Shown: positions 30,371-41,021, counted from the first letter of the stretch. The stretch: 64,000 bases of DNA from an uncultured Bacteroidales bacterium (GCA_964413185.1 CAYPSX010000001.1:2883-66882), one strand, 5' to 3'. The notes: generated by a model not told the origin, from the sequence alone. Translations and numbers: made by a program.

Positions 30371-31954
30371 TTATTTTTCAATATATTTATCAGCAATATC
30401 TTTGGCCACTTCTTTCATTGTTTCTTTTGCCTCATCCGTTAGGTTTCCTTCTCGTATTGTATCAAGTGTTTTGCGATGCGTTGAATTCATCTGGTTCAGG
30501 AATTCTTCTGCAAAAATTTTCACTTTTTCTATGGGAACCTTATTGAGTAAACCATTGGTTCCACAGTATACCAGTGCTACCTGATCTTCAACTTTATAAG
30601 CATTATATTGGGGTTGTTTGAGAAGTTCAACATTGCGTTTACCTTTATCGAGCACGGCCTGGGTTGCTGCATCCAGATCTGAGCCAAATTTCGAAAATGC
30701 TTCCAGCTCGCGGTACTGGGCAAGGTCGATTTTCAATGTGCCGGCAACTTTTTTCATTGATTTGATTTGTGCATTACCACCAACACGTGAAACCGATATA
30801 CCTACGTTAATGGCCGGGCGAACACCTGAAAGAAATAAGTCTGATTCCAGAAATATCTGACCATCGGTAATGGAAATTACGTTGGTTGGGATATATGCAG
30901 AAACGTCTCCTGCCTGGGTTTCAATAATTGGGAGTGCTGTGAGGCTTCCACCTCCTTTAACTTTATCTTTAATGCTTTCCGGTAAATCGTTCATTTGCTG
31001 TGCAACCTTATCGGAGTTGATAATTTTAGCACCGCGCTCCAGAAGACGCGAGTGCAAATAGAAAACATCTCCGGGATAGGCTTCGCGGCCTGGCGGGCGA
31101 CGTAACAGCAGTGATACTTCGCGATATGAAACAGCTTGTTTGGAAAGGTCATCAAAAACTACGAGTGCGTGACGTCCTGTATCGCGGAAGTATTCGCCAA
31201 TTGCTGCGCCGGCCATAGGTGCGTAGAATTGTAATGCGGCCGGGTCGGAGGCATTTGCAGCCACAATTACCGTATAATCAAGTGCCCCGTATTTCTCCAG
31301 TGTGGCAGCGACTTGTGCCACAGTTGAGCCTTTTTGTCCAACGGCAACATAAATACAATAAACGGGTTCACCTTTATCGTAATATTCTTTTTGGTTGATG
31401 ATTGCATCAATGGCAACGGCTGTTTTACCGGTTTGTCTGTCCCCAATAATAAGTTCGCGCTGGCCCCGCCCGATGGGAATCATGGAGTCGATGGCAATAA
31501 TGCCGGTTTGTAATGGTTCACTTACCGGTTCGCGAAAAATTACGCCGGGTGCTTTTCTTTCTAAAGGCATTTCAAACGTTTCACCGCCAATATCGCCTTT
31601 TCCGTCAATGGGGCGGCCTATGGTATCCACGATGCGGCCCAGCATTTGTTCACCAACATTTATCGATGTAATGCGCCCTGAAAGTTTTACGGTGTCGCCT
31701 TCGATTATTGAACCGGTTTCACCCATTAAAACGACTCCGACATTATCTTCTTCCAAATTGAGCACAATACCCATGGTTCCATTGGAAAATTCGACCAACT
31801 CATTGGCTCTGGCATTTTTTAATCCATATACACGGGCTATTCCGTCCCCGATGGTAAGTACGGTACCAACATCTTCAAAACCGGACTCTGAACTTATTCC
31901 GGCTATTTCTTTTTTGAGGATTTCCGATATTTCGGCAGGTTTAATTTCAGCCAT
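30371..31954 (-). CDS. atpA: ATP synthase alpha subunit
   Basis: [30 protein letters not shown] and ISVSRVG motifs. Confidence 0.98.
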   Translation of the reverse strand: MAEIKPAEISEILKKEIAGISSESGFEDVGTVLTIGDGIARVYGLKNARANELVEFSNGTMGIVLNLEEDNVGVVLMGETGSIIEGDTVKLSGRITSINVGEQMLGRIVDTIGRPIDGKGDIGGETFEMPLERKAPGVIFREPVSEPLQTGIIAIDSMIPIGRGQRELIIGDRQTGKTAVAIDAIINQKEYYDKGEPVYCIYVAVGQKGSTVAQVAATLEKYGALDYTVIVAANASDPAALQFYAPMAGAAIGEYFRDTGRHALVVFDDLSKQAVSYREVSLLLRRPPGREAYPGDVFYLHSRLLERGAKIINSDKVAQQMNDLPESIKDKVKGGGSLTALPIIETQAGDVSAYIPTNVISITDGQIFLESDLFLSGVRPAINVGISVSRVGGNAQIKSMKKVAGTLKIDLAQYRELEAFSKFGSDLDAATQAVLDKGKRNVELLKQPQYNAYKVEDQVALVYCGTNGLLNKVPIEKVKIFAEEFLNQMNSTHRKTLDTIREGNLTDEAKETMKEVAKDIADKYIEK

Positions 31955-31974
31955 TATATTTGATGTTTAATGAG

Positions 31975-32511
31975 TTAATTTAATAATTGCTTTTTTATTG
32001 ATTTGAGTTTTCCTTGTATAGATGCATCGAGTTGTTTATCGCCAATACGAAGAATAAACCCACCTATGAGTTCTTTTTCTTGTTTGGTTTCTATCTCGCT
32101 GGATTTGCCTGTTTTATGATCAACAAGAGACCGTATTTGTGCAAGAATTTCCTCGTCAAATTCTATTGCAGCAGTAAGTTCTACTTTTTGTATATTGGCG
32201 TGCACCTGATACATATCTAAAAATGCCCTAATGATATTTTCAAGGTACATTTCCCTGTTTTTTGTGATGAGTAGTTTTAAAAAATTCAGGATATCTTGAT
32301 GAACTTTTCCGGAAAAGAGTTGATCAAAAATATTTTTCTTTTTTGAAATTGTTATTATGGGGTTATCGAGCAAGAAACTAAAATTATCCTCCCGGCTAAC
32401 CACGGTTTGCAGTCCTTTCATTTGGTGATAATAAGTTTCGAGCCTGTTGTTTTCTTTTCCAAGTTTGAACAATGCCCGGGCATATCTCCTAATTATAATA
32501 CTGTCGTTCAT
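31975..32511 (-). CDS. atpH: ATP synthase delta subunit
   Basis: RRYARALF and LIGGFILRIGDKQLDAS motifs; operon position. Confidence 0.95.
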   Translation of the reverse strand: MNDSIIIRRYARALFKLGKENNRLETYYHQMKGLQTVVSREDNFSFLLDNPIITISKKKNIFDQLFSGKVHQDILNFLKLLITKNREMYLENIIRAFLDMYQVHANIQKVELTAAIEFDEEILAQIRSLVDHKTGKSSEIETKQEKELIGGFILRIGDKQLDASIQGKLKSIKKQLLN

Positions 32512-32531
32512 AGGTTATGGCTTTATTGGGG

Positions 32532-33026
32532 CTAATTGATTTTAATATCTTTCATATAGCGCTCGGCCGCTTCTTTCTGCGTCTTTTTATTTTCAAATTC
32601 TTTGCGCAATATTTTTTCAGATATTTGAATGGCATAATCCACAATTTCGTTTTTCATTTCAGCAAAAGCAGTCTCTCTTTCTGATTGAATATCTTTTTTG
32701 GCTTTTTCAATCATTTTGCCGGCCTCATCTTTTGCATTTTCGCTTGCTTCGCTAATAATTTTTGCCCGTGTATCGCGCGCTTCTTTAAGAAGTTGCTCAC
32801 GTTCTAATTTGGCTGCTTTAAGGAGCTCCTCGTTTTTAGCCTGAAATTTCTCCATATCAATGCGTGCTTTATCAGCCGATTTAAGCGCATTGGCAATAGT
32901 TTTATTCCTTTCACTGAGCATTTTCAATATAGGTTTCCACGCATATTTGCGCAGAATGTACCATACGATAAGAAATGCGAGTACAGACCAAAAAATTACC
33001 CCTAATTCAGGCATTATAATTTCCAT
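32532..33026 (-). CDS. atpF: ATP synthase b subunit
   Basis: N-terminal TM, YAWKPILKML, coiled coil; operon position. Confidence 0.95.
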   Translation of the reverse strand: MEIIMPELGVIFWSVLAFLIVWYILRKYAWKPILKMLSERNKTIANALKSADKARIDMEKFQAKNEELLKAAKLEREQLLKEARDTRAKIISEASENAKDEAGKMIEKAKKDIQSERETAFAEMKNEIVDYAIQISEKILRKEFENKKTQKEAAERYMKDIKIN

Positions 33027-33051
33027 AGTTATGCTATTTTTTTGGTTTTAG

Positions 33052-33086
33052 AAAAGGCCCGAACGGCCAATCGCCGAACGGAACCT
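33052..33086 (-). terminator. Hairpin plus U-tract between atpE and atpF
   Basis: Minus strand reads AGGTTCCGTTCGGC-GATTG-GCCGTTCGGGCCT-TTT, an interrupted stem with G-U pairs. Confidence 0.45.
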
Positions 33087-33099
33087 GTTTTGTTTATCC

Positions 33100-33351
33100 T
33101 TACACAAAAAGAATAAGGAAAGTTACAGCAATAGCGAAAAACGCTACTCCTTCAATCAAGGCAGCCGAAACAATCAGATTGGAACGAATATCGTTCGCAG
33201 CTTCTGGTTGACGGGCAATGGCCTCCATGGCTTTACCACCAATGTGGCTAATTCCATAGCCAGCACCGACCACGGAAATTGCGGCTCCAAGACCGGCACT
33301 GAGTTTGCCCAAACCTACACTTGTTGCAAGTAATACTGATAATGATACCAT
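33100..33351 (-). CDS. atpE: ATP synthase c subunit
   Basis: GxGxG helix, ARQPEA loop, ALIEG carboxylate. Confidence 0.96.
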   Translation of the reverse strand: MVSLSVLLATSVGLGKLSAGLGAAISVVGAGYGISHIGGKAMEAIARQPEAANDIRSNLIVSAALIEGVAFFAIAVTFLILFV

Positions 33352-33372
33352 AATAATAATTTTTACGATTTA

Positions 33373-34440
33373 TTAATGATGCTCCTCCACAGCCATTCCA
33401 AAATAAATGGCTGATAGAAGCGTAAATACAAAAGCCTGGATAAATGAAACGAGTACGTCCAATATAATCATGAATACGGTAAGAAGAACAGAAATTGGCG
33501 AAATAACAAAACCAGCAATAGGTGATAATGCACCAAAAATGAAAATCAACGTTATAAACGCCAACATTACTATATGCCCGGCCGTCATGTTGGCAAATAA
33601 ACGAATGGCCAACACAATAGGTTTTGTAAATACACCAACGACCTCTACAAAGGGCATAAGAGGCACAGGAATTTTTAACCACCAGGGAACGCCGGGTGTA
33701 TTAAAAATATGCCCCCAATAATTTTTATTTCCCCGAACCGCAGTTATTGCGAATGTAATAAAAGCCAGCGAGGCTGTAACTGAAATGTTGCCGGTTACGT
33801 TGGCGCCGAACGGGGGAATAGGTATAAGACCCAACAAATTGGCAAAAAACACAAAAAAGAAAACGGTTAAAAGATAGGGTAAAAATTGATGATGCTTTTT
33901 CCCTATAGCGGTCTCTGCAATTTCATCTTTTACAAATAAAATTAAAGGCTCTACAAATGCTAAAACTCCTTTTGGTGGTAAATGAGAACCTCGTTTGGCA
34001 ATTTTTGCAGCCTGAAGAAAAATTATTAATACGATAATAGATGCCACAAAAACCCCCACAACTACCTTGCTGATAGACAAGTCTATAAGGCCGCTTTCGT
34101 AGATTTCTCCATTTTCTTTAAATTCCACAACGCGACCTTTATTGTACCCTTCGTGGGCAATTTTGAAATTTTTGTATGGTTCATGTCCATGATGGAACTT
34201 ACTTGACATAAAAAAATGAAACCCACTCCGGCTGCTGTATAAAATTACAGGTAGCGGGACAGAGACGTGTGTGCCATCCGGAGTAGTAAGGATATGCCAA
34301 CTATAATCATTAACAATATGGCCAATAATTACTTCTTTTACATCCAGCTCTTTTTCTGAATTTTCTTTATGCTCATTATCAGCTGCAATGGCATTAAGCG
34401 AAAAAATAGAGATTAGTATCAATATAAAAATTGCCCGCAT
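33373..34440 (-). CDS. atpB: ATP synthase a subunit
   Basis: ANLLGLIP and LAIRLFANMTAGH motifs. The start is reassigned to ATG 34440 because a TAAATTTG promoter element lies at 34471-34478. Confidence 0.95.
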   Translation of the reverse strand: MRAIFILILISIFSLNAIAADNEHKENSEKELDVKEVIIGHIVNDYSWHILTTPDGTHVSVPLPVILYSSRSGFHFFMSSKFHHGHEPYKNFKIAHEGYNKGRVVEFKENGEIYESGLIDLSISKVVVGVFVASIIVLIIFLQAAKIAKRGSHLPPKGVLAFVEPLILFVKDEIAETAIGKKHHQFLPYLLTVFFFVFFANLLGLIPIPPFGANVTGNISVTASLAFITFAITAVRGNKNYWGHIFNTPGVPWWLKIPVPLMPFVEVVGVFTKPIVLAIRLFANMTAGHIVMLAFITLIFIFGALSPIAGFVISPISVLLTVFMIILDVLVSFIQAFVFTLLSAIYFGMAVEEHH

Positions 34441-34750
34441 GATGGTAGAATTATCAAATTTGTACCCCAACAAATTTAGAAATAATTGGGAATAAAACTA
34501 AACTCTTCATCTTTTTTAATAGGTATTCTGCTGCTTATTTTAATCGTAATTCGGTAACAATCTAATTGATTAACAGTTCCAAATGTTTTATCAATACGGT
34601 AGAAAAATAGTGTTGGTTTCAGGTGTTTTTACGTGGATTTGCAGATAGACTTTTTTATCATTTGCACTTAGTCGCATTGCATTTTATTCATTTTAAACTA
34701 ATTTTTATACTCAGAATTTTTTATCTTGTGCAAAACAAATTTGTGGCCTT

Positions 34751-35839
34751 ATGACAGATACAAATATTCAAATTGTTGGCGACTGGACTTTACCTGACTT
34801 ATTGGAGAAATTGCAAGCCGGGGAAATTAAAATTCCCCGTTTTCAGCGCGATTACGGATGGGAGCGCCCTAAAGTTGTATTGCTGTTGAATAGTATTTTT
34901 ATGCAATATCCAATTGGTACGTTTTTCCTTTGGATTGCTCCTGAAAAGTACCGTCATTTTATACATACTACAGAAGACCTCCTGATTAAACAAAAAGAAA
35001 CCGACGGAGCAACACAATTTATTCTTGACGGGCAGCAAAGAATTCTCTCCCTGTATATGGCACTGAAAGGATTGAAAAACGATAAAGGCAATTATGCGCA
35101 AATTTGCTTCAACCCTGCTGCAGAATCGTTCCGTGTTCCCCGCCGGAAAAATGAAAAATATGCTATTCCTGCATGGAAAATTTTAGATGATGATGCATTT
35201 AAAGAAGTGGCCGAAAAGCTGAAAAACGATTCAGAACGTATTTACACAAACTGGCTCAAAGTGCACGACATTATGAAAAACTACCCCGTAAGTGTCGTAA
35301 AAACACTAAATTATGAGTTGGATGAGGTTGTAGAAATTTTTGAACGTATCAACCAGGGCGGAAAACGCCTCTCTTCTTTTGATTTGGTGCATGCTACAAC
35401 CTGGTCGACAGATTTTGATCTGAAAGAAAAAATTGATGAGGTCAACAGCATACAAAAAATTGAAAAAGCCGGCGGGCTCACAGAAAAAGTTTTTACCCAT
35501 TCATTGGCACTCAATGCTTTTGACGATTGCCGTAACTCATATCAGTTAAAGCTCAATCCGGAACTGGCCGGCAATTTGTGGCACCGTACACAACTCGCCA
35601 TTAGCCGCGCTGTAGATTTATTGTACGATATGCGCATTACCACCGGACTGTCCTCTTATCAAATCCATATTATCATACTGCAATACTATTTTTTTCGTAC
35701 AGATCGCACAGAAATGACTGAAGAAGCACGCAAAAAGGTTGAAAAGTGGTTTTGGGATGCACGCTTTAGTAAGCGCTTCAGCACCAGCACTTACACCACC
35801 ATTAAAGAAGACGCTCAGTGGATTATCAATCTTGACTAA
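34751..35839 (+). CDS. DUF262 (GmrS/ParB-like NTPase) domain protein without a C-terminal HNH domain
   Basis: PRFQRDYGW, LDGQQR and FERINQGG motifs; stops at 362 aa. Confidence 0.8.
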   Translation: MTDTNIQIVGDWTLPDLLEKLQAGEIKIPRFQRDYGWERPKVVLLLNSIFMQYPIGTFFLWIAPEKYRHFIHTTEDLLIKQKETDGATQFILDGQQRILSLYMALKGLKNDKGNYAQICFNPAAESFRVPRRKNEKYAIPAWKILDDDAFKEVAEKLKNDSERIYTNWLKVHDIMKNYPVSVVKTLNYELDEVVEIFERINQGGKRLSSFDLVHATTWSTDFDLKEKIDEVNSIQKIEKAGGLTEKVFTHSLALNAFDDCRNSYQLKLNPELAGNLWHRTQLAISRAVDLLYDMRITTGLSSYQIHIIILQYYFFRTDRTEMTEEARKKVEKWFWDARFSKRFSTSTYTTIKEDAQWIINLD

Positions 35840-35899
35840 ACCGAAGTAGTAATTTTTGCACATATCATTCTCATTTACTCACTACGGCAACAAAAAAGT

Positions 35900-35907
35900 T
35901 ACCTTTG
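35900..35907 (+). promoter_or_regulatory. Sigma-A -7 element (TACCTTTG)
   Basis: Matches TAnnTTTG upstream of the AAA+ regulator operon. Confidence 0.6.
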
Positions 35908-35970
35908 CACCTTCATTTTAGGAATGAAAATTGTAATTTTGTCAGTTGGTTGTAAAAATGACACTAAATT

Positions 35971-37260
35971 ATGGATAAAGATATTCAACGGGTAAAACAA
36001 CGCCACGGAATTATAGGAAACTCAGAGGGTTTACACCGCGCTATCAACATTGCATTGCAGGTTGCACCAACAGATATGGCCGTACTGATTACCGGTGAAA
36101 GTGGAACCGGAAAAGAAACATTTCCGAAAATTATTCACGAAAACAGTATTCGTAAACACGCCAAATATATAGCAGTAAACTGTGGAGCCATTCCTGAGGG
36201 AACCATCGACAGCGAACTTTTCGGACACGAAAAAGGATCGTTTACCGGAGCGCATGAAGGTCGTAAAGGATATTTTGAAGTTGCCAACGAGGGCACCATT
36301 TTTCTGGATGAAGTAGCGGAGTTACCTCTGTCTACACAAGTTCGGTTACTTCGCGTACTGGAATCGGGCGAATACATGCGCGTAGGATCGTCTAAAGTAC
36401 AAAAAACAGACGTTCGGGTAGTGGCCGCAACCAATTTAAACGTAGAAAAAGCCGTGCAGGACGGTAAGTTTCGCGAGGATCTTTATTACCGCTTAAATAC
36501 GGTTCCAATTATTATTCCGCCACTTCGTGAACGCAAAGATGATATCTGGTTCCTTTTTCGAAAATTCGCAACCGACATTGCCGACAAATATGGCATGCCG
36601 CCCATCAGCATTAGTGATGAAGCCATGCGCCTGCTCGAAAATTACAGGTGGCCGGGAAATATCCGTCAGCTGAAAAATATAACAGAGCAAATTGCCGTAA
36701 TTGAGGGCGGCGAAGAAATATCAGCCGAAACCGTTAGGCAGTATCTGCCCGATATCAACATAACACACCTGCCGGCATTGGCAAAAAAAGACGAAGGCCA
36801 ATCTTTTGCATCGGAGCGCGAAATATTGTACAAAGTTTTGTTCGACATGAAAAGAGACATGGCCGACCTGAAGCGTGTTGTGTATAACATGATGGAAAAT
36901 GGCACAGACGATGATACAAATCGTAAAGAAAATGCGCGAATTCTCGATAATATGAATAATCAGGCAACAAACCTGCCATCAGAAATGCCTGAGAAATATT
37001 TACATCCGGGGAACAAGTACGAGAAACCCACAGCCAATTTTAGTAATCCTGTACCCCAACCACAAAGTAAAGACAAAGACATTATCGAAGATACAGAAGA
37101 ATACGTTGAAGAATCATTATCACTGGCCGATAAAGAAAAAGAACTCATAAAAAAAGCACTAGACAAGCATAAAGGCCGTCGTAAACTGGCAGCCAAAGAC
37201 CTGGGGATTTCAGAACGCACGTTGTACAGAAAAATAAAAGAATATGATATTGAAGCATAA
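35971..37260 (+). CDS. Sigma-54-interaction-type AAA+ regulator with a Fis HTH and no N-terminal sensor domain
   Basis: GESGTGKE, ELFGHEKGSFTGA, FLDEV, FREDLYYRL, WPGNIRQL and LGISERTLYRKI motifs. Confidence 0.92.
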   Translation: MDKDIQRVKQRHGIIGNSEGLHRAINIALQVAPTDMAVLITGESGTGKETFPKIIHENSIRKHAKYIAVNCGAIPEGTIDSELFGHEKGSFTGAHEGRKGYFEVANEGTIFLDEVAELPLSTQVRLLRVLESGEYMRVGSSKVQKTDVRVVAATNLNVEKAVQDGKFREDLYYRLNTVPIIIPPLRERKDDIWFLFRKFATDIADKYGMPPISISDEAMRLLENYRWPGNIRQLKNITEQIAVIEGGEEISAETVRQYLPDINITHLPALAKKDEGQSFASEREILYKVLFDMKRDMADLKRVVYNMMENGTDDDTNRKENARILDNMNNQATNLPSEMPEKYLHPGNKYEKPTANFSNPVPQPQSKDKDIIEDTEEYVEESLSLADKEKELIKKALDKHKGRRKLAAKDLGISERTLYRKIKEYDIEA

Positions 37261-37768
37261 AATATACGCCTCATTTATAATTATCATATCTGCGGCAATA
37301 TTTGCAGCCTGCACAGTTTCGTACTCATTTACAGGAGCATCAATTCCCATTGAAGCCAAAACATTTACTGTGCGCGATATTGAAAACGTGGCGCCAACAA
37401 TTAATCCGACTCTGGCAACTGACTTGCAGCAATCAATAACAGAAAAATTGTTGTCTCAAACCCGGTTGGGTCCGGTTGATTTCGATGGCGATTTAATCTA
37501 TGATATAAAAATAACCGGGTATAATGTAGAACCCACATCTGTAACTGGAGGCCAGGTGTCTGTTGCCGAAGAAAACAGGCTAACCATCACTATTAAGGTG
37601 AAATATATGAACCGTTACGACAAGGAAGCAGATTTTGAACAATCGTTTTCGCAGTACGCCGATTACGCAACCACAAGCAATTTTGCAAATGTAGAAGATG
37701 GTTTAGTTGCCACAATTATTGAGAAACTGACCGATGATATTTTCAATTCATCAGTTGTAAACTGGTAA
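37244..37768 (+). CDS. lptE: LPS assembly lipoprotein LptE-like
   Basis: Lipobox FAAC followed by TVSYSFTGASI; ends DIFNSSVVNW. Confidence 0.8.
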   Translation: MILKHKIYASFIIIISAAIFAACTVSYSFTGASIPIEAKTFTVRDIENVAPTINPTLATDLQQSITEKLLSQTRLGPVDFDGDLIYDIKITGYNVEPTSVTGGQVSVAEENRLTITIKVKYMNRYDKEADFEQSFSQYADYATTSNFANVEDGLVATIIEKLTDDIFNSSVVNW

Positions 37769-37776
37769 AGCACAAT

Positions 37777-38643
37777 ATGAAGCCCGACAGATTTTATCAA
37801 TTACTTGAGCAGCCTGCAAACCTTAAACCCGGTGATTTAAATGAAATTGAGCAATTAGTTGAGGAATATCCCTGGTTTCAGGCCGCCCAGGCATTACTGT
37901 TAAAATCGCAACTCATGAACGGTTCGTTTCGTTTCAGTAAGCATTTGCAGCAAATAGCGTTGCAAACCGGCGACCGGCAACATTTGTACGAATGGTTGCA
38001 TATTGAACCCAAAAATGTGGTTTTCGTTTCACAAGAACCACTTGAGGGGCGGGAGCATTTTCAAGATAATTTGCAACAAGTATCTTCAGCAGAGCTACGG
38101 CAACAAGAAAACCGGCTATTACGCAAAAAAGAAATTGAAAACACACTAAAGCAACAAGGTCTTTTGTTTTTTGACTACGAATATATGCCGGAAAAACAAC
38201 CTGATGGCCATGTTAAACAGGAAGAATACAAACGGGAATACGACCTTCAATCGCAAATTGACAAATCAAGTGATGAATTAACAGACGATACAAAAGACTG
38301 GCTGGCGCAAAATATAAAAAAGGCACAACAAAAAGCCGGCAAAAAGAAACCCCAAACAGACAAAAATAATGATATTATAGACCGTTTTATTTCAATTACC
38401 GACAAAAAAAGACGGCGAGATGTAAGCGAAAGTAAAGAGTCTGAAATACAGAAGTATACAAAGGAAAGCACAACTGAAAATGCTGAATTTATGACCGAAA
38501 CAATGGCGAAAATATACATAAAACAAAAATTATATGAAAAAGCCATAGCTACTTATGAAAAATTAAGTTTGAAATATCCCGAAAAAAATACTTACTTTGC
38601 AGCCCGGATTCAAGAAATTAAAAAAATTATCAATAATCAATAA
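37777..38643 (+). CDS. Conserved hypothetical protein with a C-terminal TPR
   Basis: EEYPWFQAAQ at the N-terminus; MTETMAKIYIKQKLYEKAIATYEKLSLKYPEK at the C-terminus. Confidence 0.7.
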   Translation: MKPDRFYQLLEQPANLKPGDLNEIEQLVEEYPWFQAAQALLLKSQLMNGSFRFSKHLQQIALQTGDRQHLYEWLHIEPKNVVFVSQEPLEGREHFQDNLQQVSSAELRQQENRLLRKKEIENTLKQQGLLFFDYEYMPEKQPDGHVKQEEYKREYDLQSQIDKSSDELTDDTKDWLAQNIKKAQQKAGKKKPQTDKNNDIIDRFISITDKKRRRDVSESKESEIQKYTKESTTENAEFMTETMAKIYIKQKLYEKAIATYEKLSLKYPEKNTYFAARIQEIKKIINNQ

Positions 38644-38654
38644 AAGAAGATAAA

Positions 38655-38987
38655 ATGTATTACTTCATTTCAGCATTAATCATTGTAGTGGCGATATTAC
38701 TTGTACTGATTGTTTTGGTACAAAACTCCAAAGGAGGCGGTTTGGCAGCAAATTTTGCTGGTAATACACAAGTTATGGGTGTGCGGAAAACTGCAGATTT
38801 TCTGGAAAAAGCCACATGGGTTCTAATCATTGTATTTTTTGTACTGAATGTATTAGCTGTATATACAATGCCCCGCCCGGAACAAGAGCAGGTAAAATCA
38901 GAGCTTGAAGAACGCGTAAATGTTGAGGCTCCTGTTAATGCACCCTCTCCTGAAAATATTCCCCAGGAAGAAGACAATAACGAATAA
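38655..38987 (+). CDS. secG: Preprotein translocase subunit SecG
   Basis: VLVQNSKGGGLAANF...LEKATW motif. Confidence 0.93.
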   Translation: MYYFISALIIVVAILLVLIVLVQNSKGGGLAANFAGNTQVMGVRKTADFLEKATWVLIIVFFVLNVLAVYTMPRPEQEQVKSELEERVNVEAPVNAPSPENIPQEEDNNE

Positions 38988-39014
38988 AATTTTTACAGCA
39001 TACACAAAATAATT

Positions 39015-39043
39015 AGGCTGTCGGTACAGGGCAGCCTTTTTTT
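39015..39043 (+). terminator. Intrinsic terminator after secG
   Basis: AGGCTGTC / GGCAGCCT stem followed by a T run. Confidence 0.75.
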
Positions 39044-39082
39044 GTATTTATAACTTTCTTTGTTTACTAATATTTCAACACA

Positions 39083-40888
39083 ATGAGTCAACACATTAGA
39101 AACGTGGCAATTATTGCCCACGTAGACCATGGGAAAACCACGTTGGTCGATAAAATATTGCACCAATGTAAAACCTTTGGGGCACACGAAACCCCGGGAG
39201 AACTTATCATGGATAGTAACGATCTTGAGCGGGAACGCGGTATAACCATATTCTCTAAAAACGTTTCTGTGCAATATAACGATATAAAAATCAATATTAT
39301 AGATACGCCTGGCCACAGTGATTTTGGCGGCGAAGTAGAGCGTGTTTTGAATATGGCTGATGGTGTATTGCTATTGGTCGATGCTTTTGAAGGTTGCATG
39401 CCCCAAACGCGTTTTGTATTGCAAAAAGCACTGGAACTGGGATTAAAACCTCTGGTTGTAATTAATAAGGTTGACAAACCCAATTGTCGGCCACTTGAGG
39501 TTCAGGAAGAAGTATTTGAGCTCATGTTCAACCTCGATGGCAGCGATGAGCAATTGGATTTTCCTACTTATTATGGTTCAGCCAAAGAAGGTTGGATGTC
39601 TGACGATGTACAAAAACGGACAAACGACATAACATCATTGCTCGATGGAATTGCAACCCATATTCCGGCCCCTGAAATTGAAAAAGGCCACTTGCAAATG
39701 CGCATCACCTCACTCGATTATTCATCCTACGTGGGGCGTATAGCCATCGGAAAAGTGTTCCGTGGCACACTCAAAGCTGAAGAACAAATTGCGCTGATCT
39801 CAAAAGATAAAACTATTGCCAGGCAAACCATAAAAGAGTTGTTTGTGTTTGACGGATTCAAGCGTAAAAAAGTTGCAAGTGCCGAAGCCGGCGAGATTGT
39901 GGCCATTGTAGGTCTTGAAAAATTTGAAATCGGTGATACAATTGCAGATTTTGAACACCCCGAACAACTGGATCCAATAGCCGTAGATGAACCTACAATG
40001 AGCATGTTGTTTACCATCAATAACAGTCCGTTTTATGGAAAAGAAGGCAAATTTGTAACCTCGCGCCATATTAAAGACCGACTGGAAAAAGAGTTGGAAA
40101 AAAATCTCGCCATGCAAGTACATGAAACCGATTCGGCAGACAAATTTAATGTCTACGGACGTGGTATTCTGCATTTGTCTATCCTTATTGAAAATATGCG
40201 TCGCGAAGGTTATGAAATGCAAGTGGGCCAGCCTCAGGTATTGTACAAAATGATTGGCGCCCAAAAATGTGAACCTTTCGAAGAGCTTACCGTTGACGTG
40301 CCCGATGAATTTTCAGGTACCGTAATTGAAATGGTGAGCCAGCGAAAAGGCGAAATGAAAAACATGTTCAGAAAAGGCGACAGGATCAATATTGAATTTG
40401 AAATACCATCGCGCGGCCTTATCGGTCTAAACAACCAGGTGCTTACATCTACTGCAGGCGAAGCTATTATGAACCACCGTTTTATTGAATACCGCACGGA
40501 AGTTGGTCGAATAAAAGAGCGCCAGAACGGCTCACTAATTGCCATGGAAGGTGGTACTGCTATTGCTTATGCCATTCATAAATTACAAGATCGCGGCCGG
40601 TTTTTTGTTGCCCCGGGAGAAGATGTTTATGCGGGCCAGGTAATTGGACAAAATACCCGTGAAGGCGACCTTGTATTGAATGTTACCAAAACCAAAAAAC
40701 TTACGAACATGCGCGCAAGTGGTTCCGATGAAAAAGTTATGGCAGCACCGCCCATAAAGTTTTCTCTCGAAGATGCCCTGGAGTATATCGAAAAAGATGA
40801 GTATGTGGAGATAACACCCAAAAGTATACGGTTACGTAAAGTTTTACTAAATGAAAATGATCGTAAACGAGCAAAAATGAAAAGCTGA
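39083..40888 (+). CDS. typA: Translational GTPase TypA/BipA
   Basis: AHVDHGKT, ERERGITI, DTPGHSDF, NKVD and EITPKSIRLRK motifs. Confidence 0.97.
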   Translation: MSQHIRNVAIIAHVDHGKTTLVDKILHQCKTFGAHETPGELIMDSNDLERERGITIFSKNVSVQYNDIKINIIDTPGHSDFGGEVERVLNMADGVLLLVDAFEGCMPQTRFVLQKALELGLKPLVVINKVDKPNCRPLEVQEEVFELMFNLDGSDEQLDFPTYYGSAKEGWMSDDVQKRTNDITSLLDGIATHIPAPEIEKGHLQMRITSLDYSSYVGRIAIGKVFRGTLKAEEQIALISKDKTIARQTIKELFVFDGFKRKKVASAEAGEIVAIVGLEKFEIGDTIADFEHPEQLDPIAVDEPTMSMLFTINNSPFYGKEGKFVTSRHIKDRLEKELEKNLAMQVHETDSADKFNVYGRGILHLSILIENMRREGYEMQVGQPQVLYKMIGAQKCEPFEELTVDVPDEFSGTVIEMVSQRKGEMKNMFRKGDRINIEFEIPSRGLIGLNNQVLTSTAGEAIMNHRFIEYRTEVGRIKERQNGSLIAMEGGTAIAYAIHKLQDRGRFFVAPGEDVYAGQVIGQNTREGDLVLNVTKTKKLTNMRASGSDEKVMAAPPIKFSLEDALEYIEKDEYVEITPKSIRLRKVLLNENDRKRAKMKS

Positions 40889-41021
40889 CAATAGGTGGTA
40901 TACCCAAAATCGATATAGAAAACCCACATACAAAAGCTTTGATTAATAATGAATTGTAGCCTTCGTTTTGTAGAGTGGAAGCAGGTATTGGTCAATTTTT
41001 TTGTTGCTCTTTGTTTTTTTA

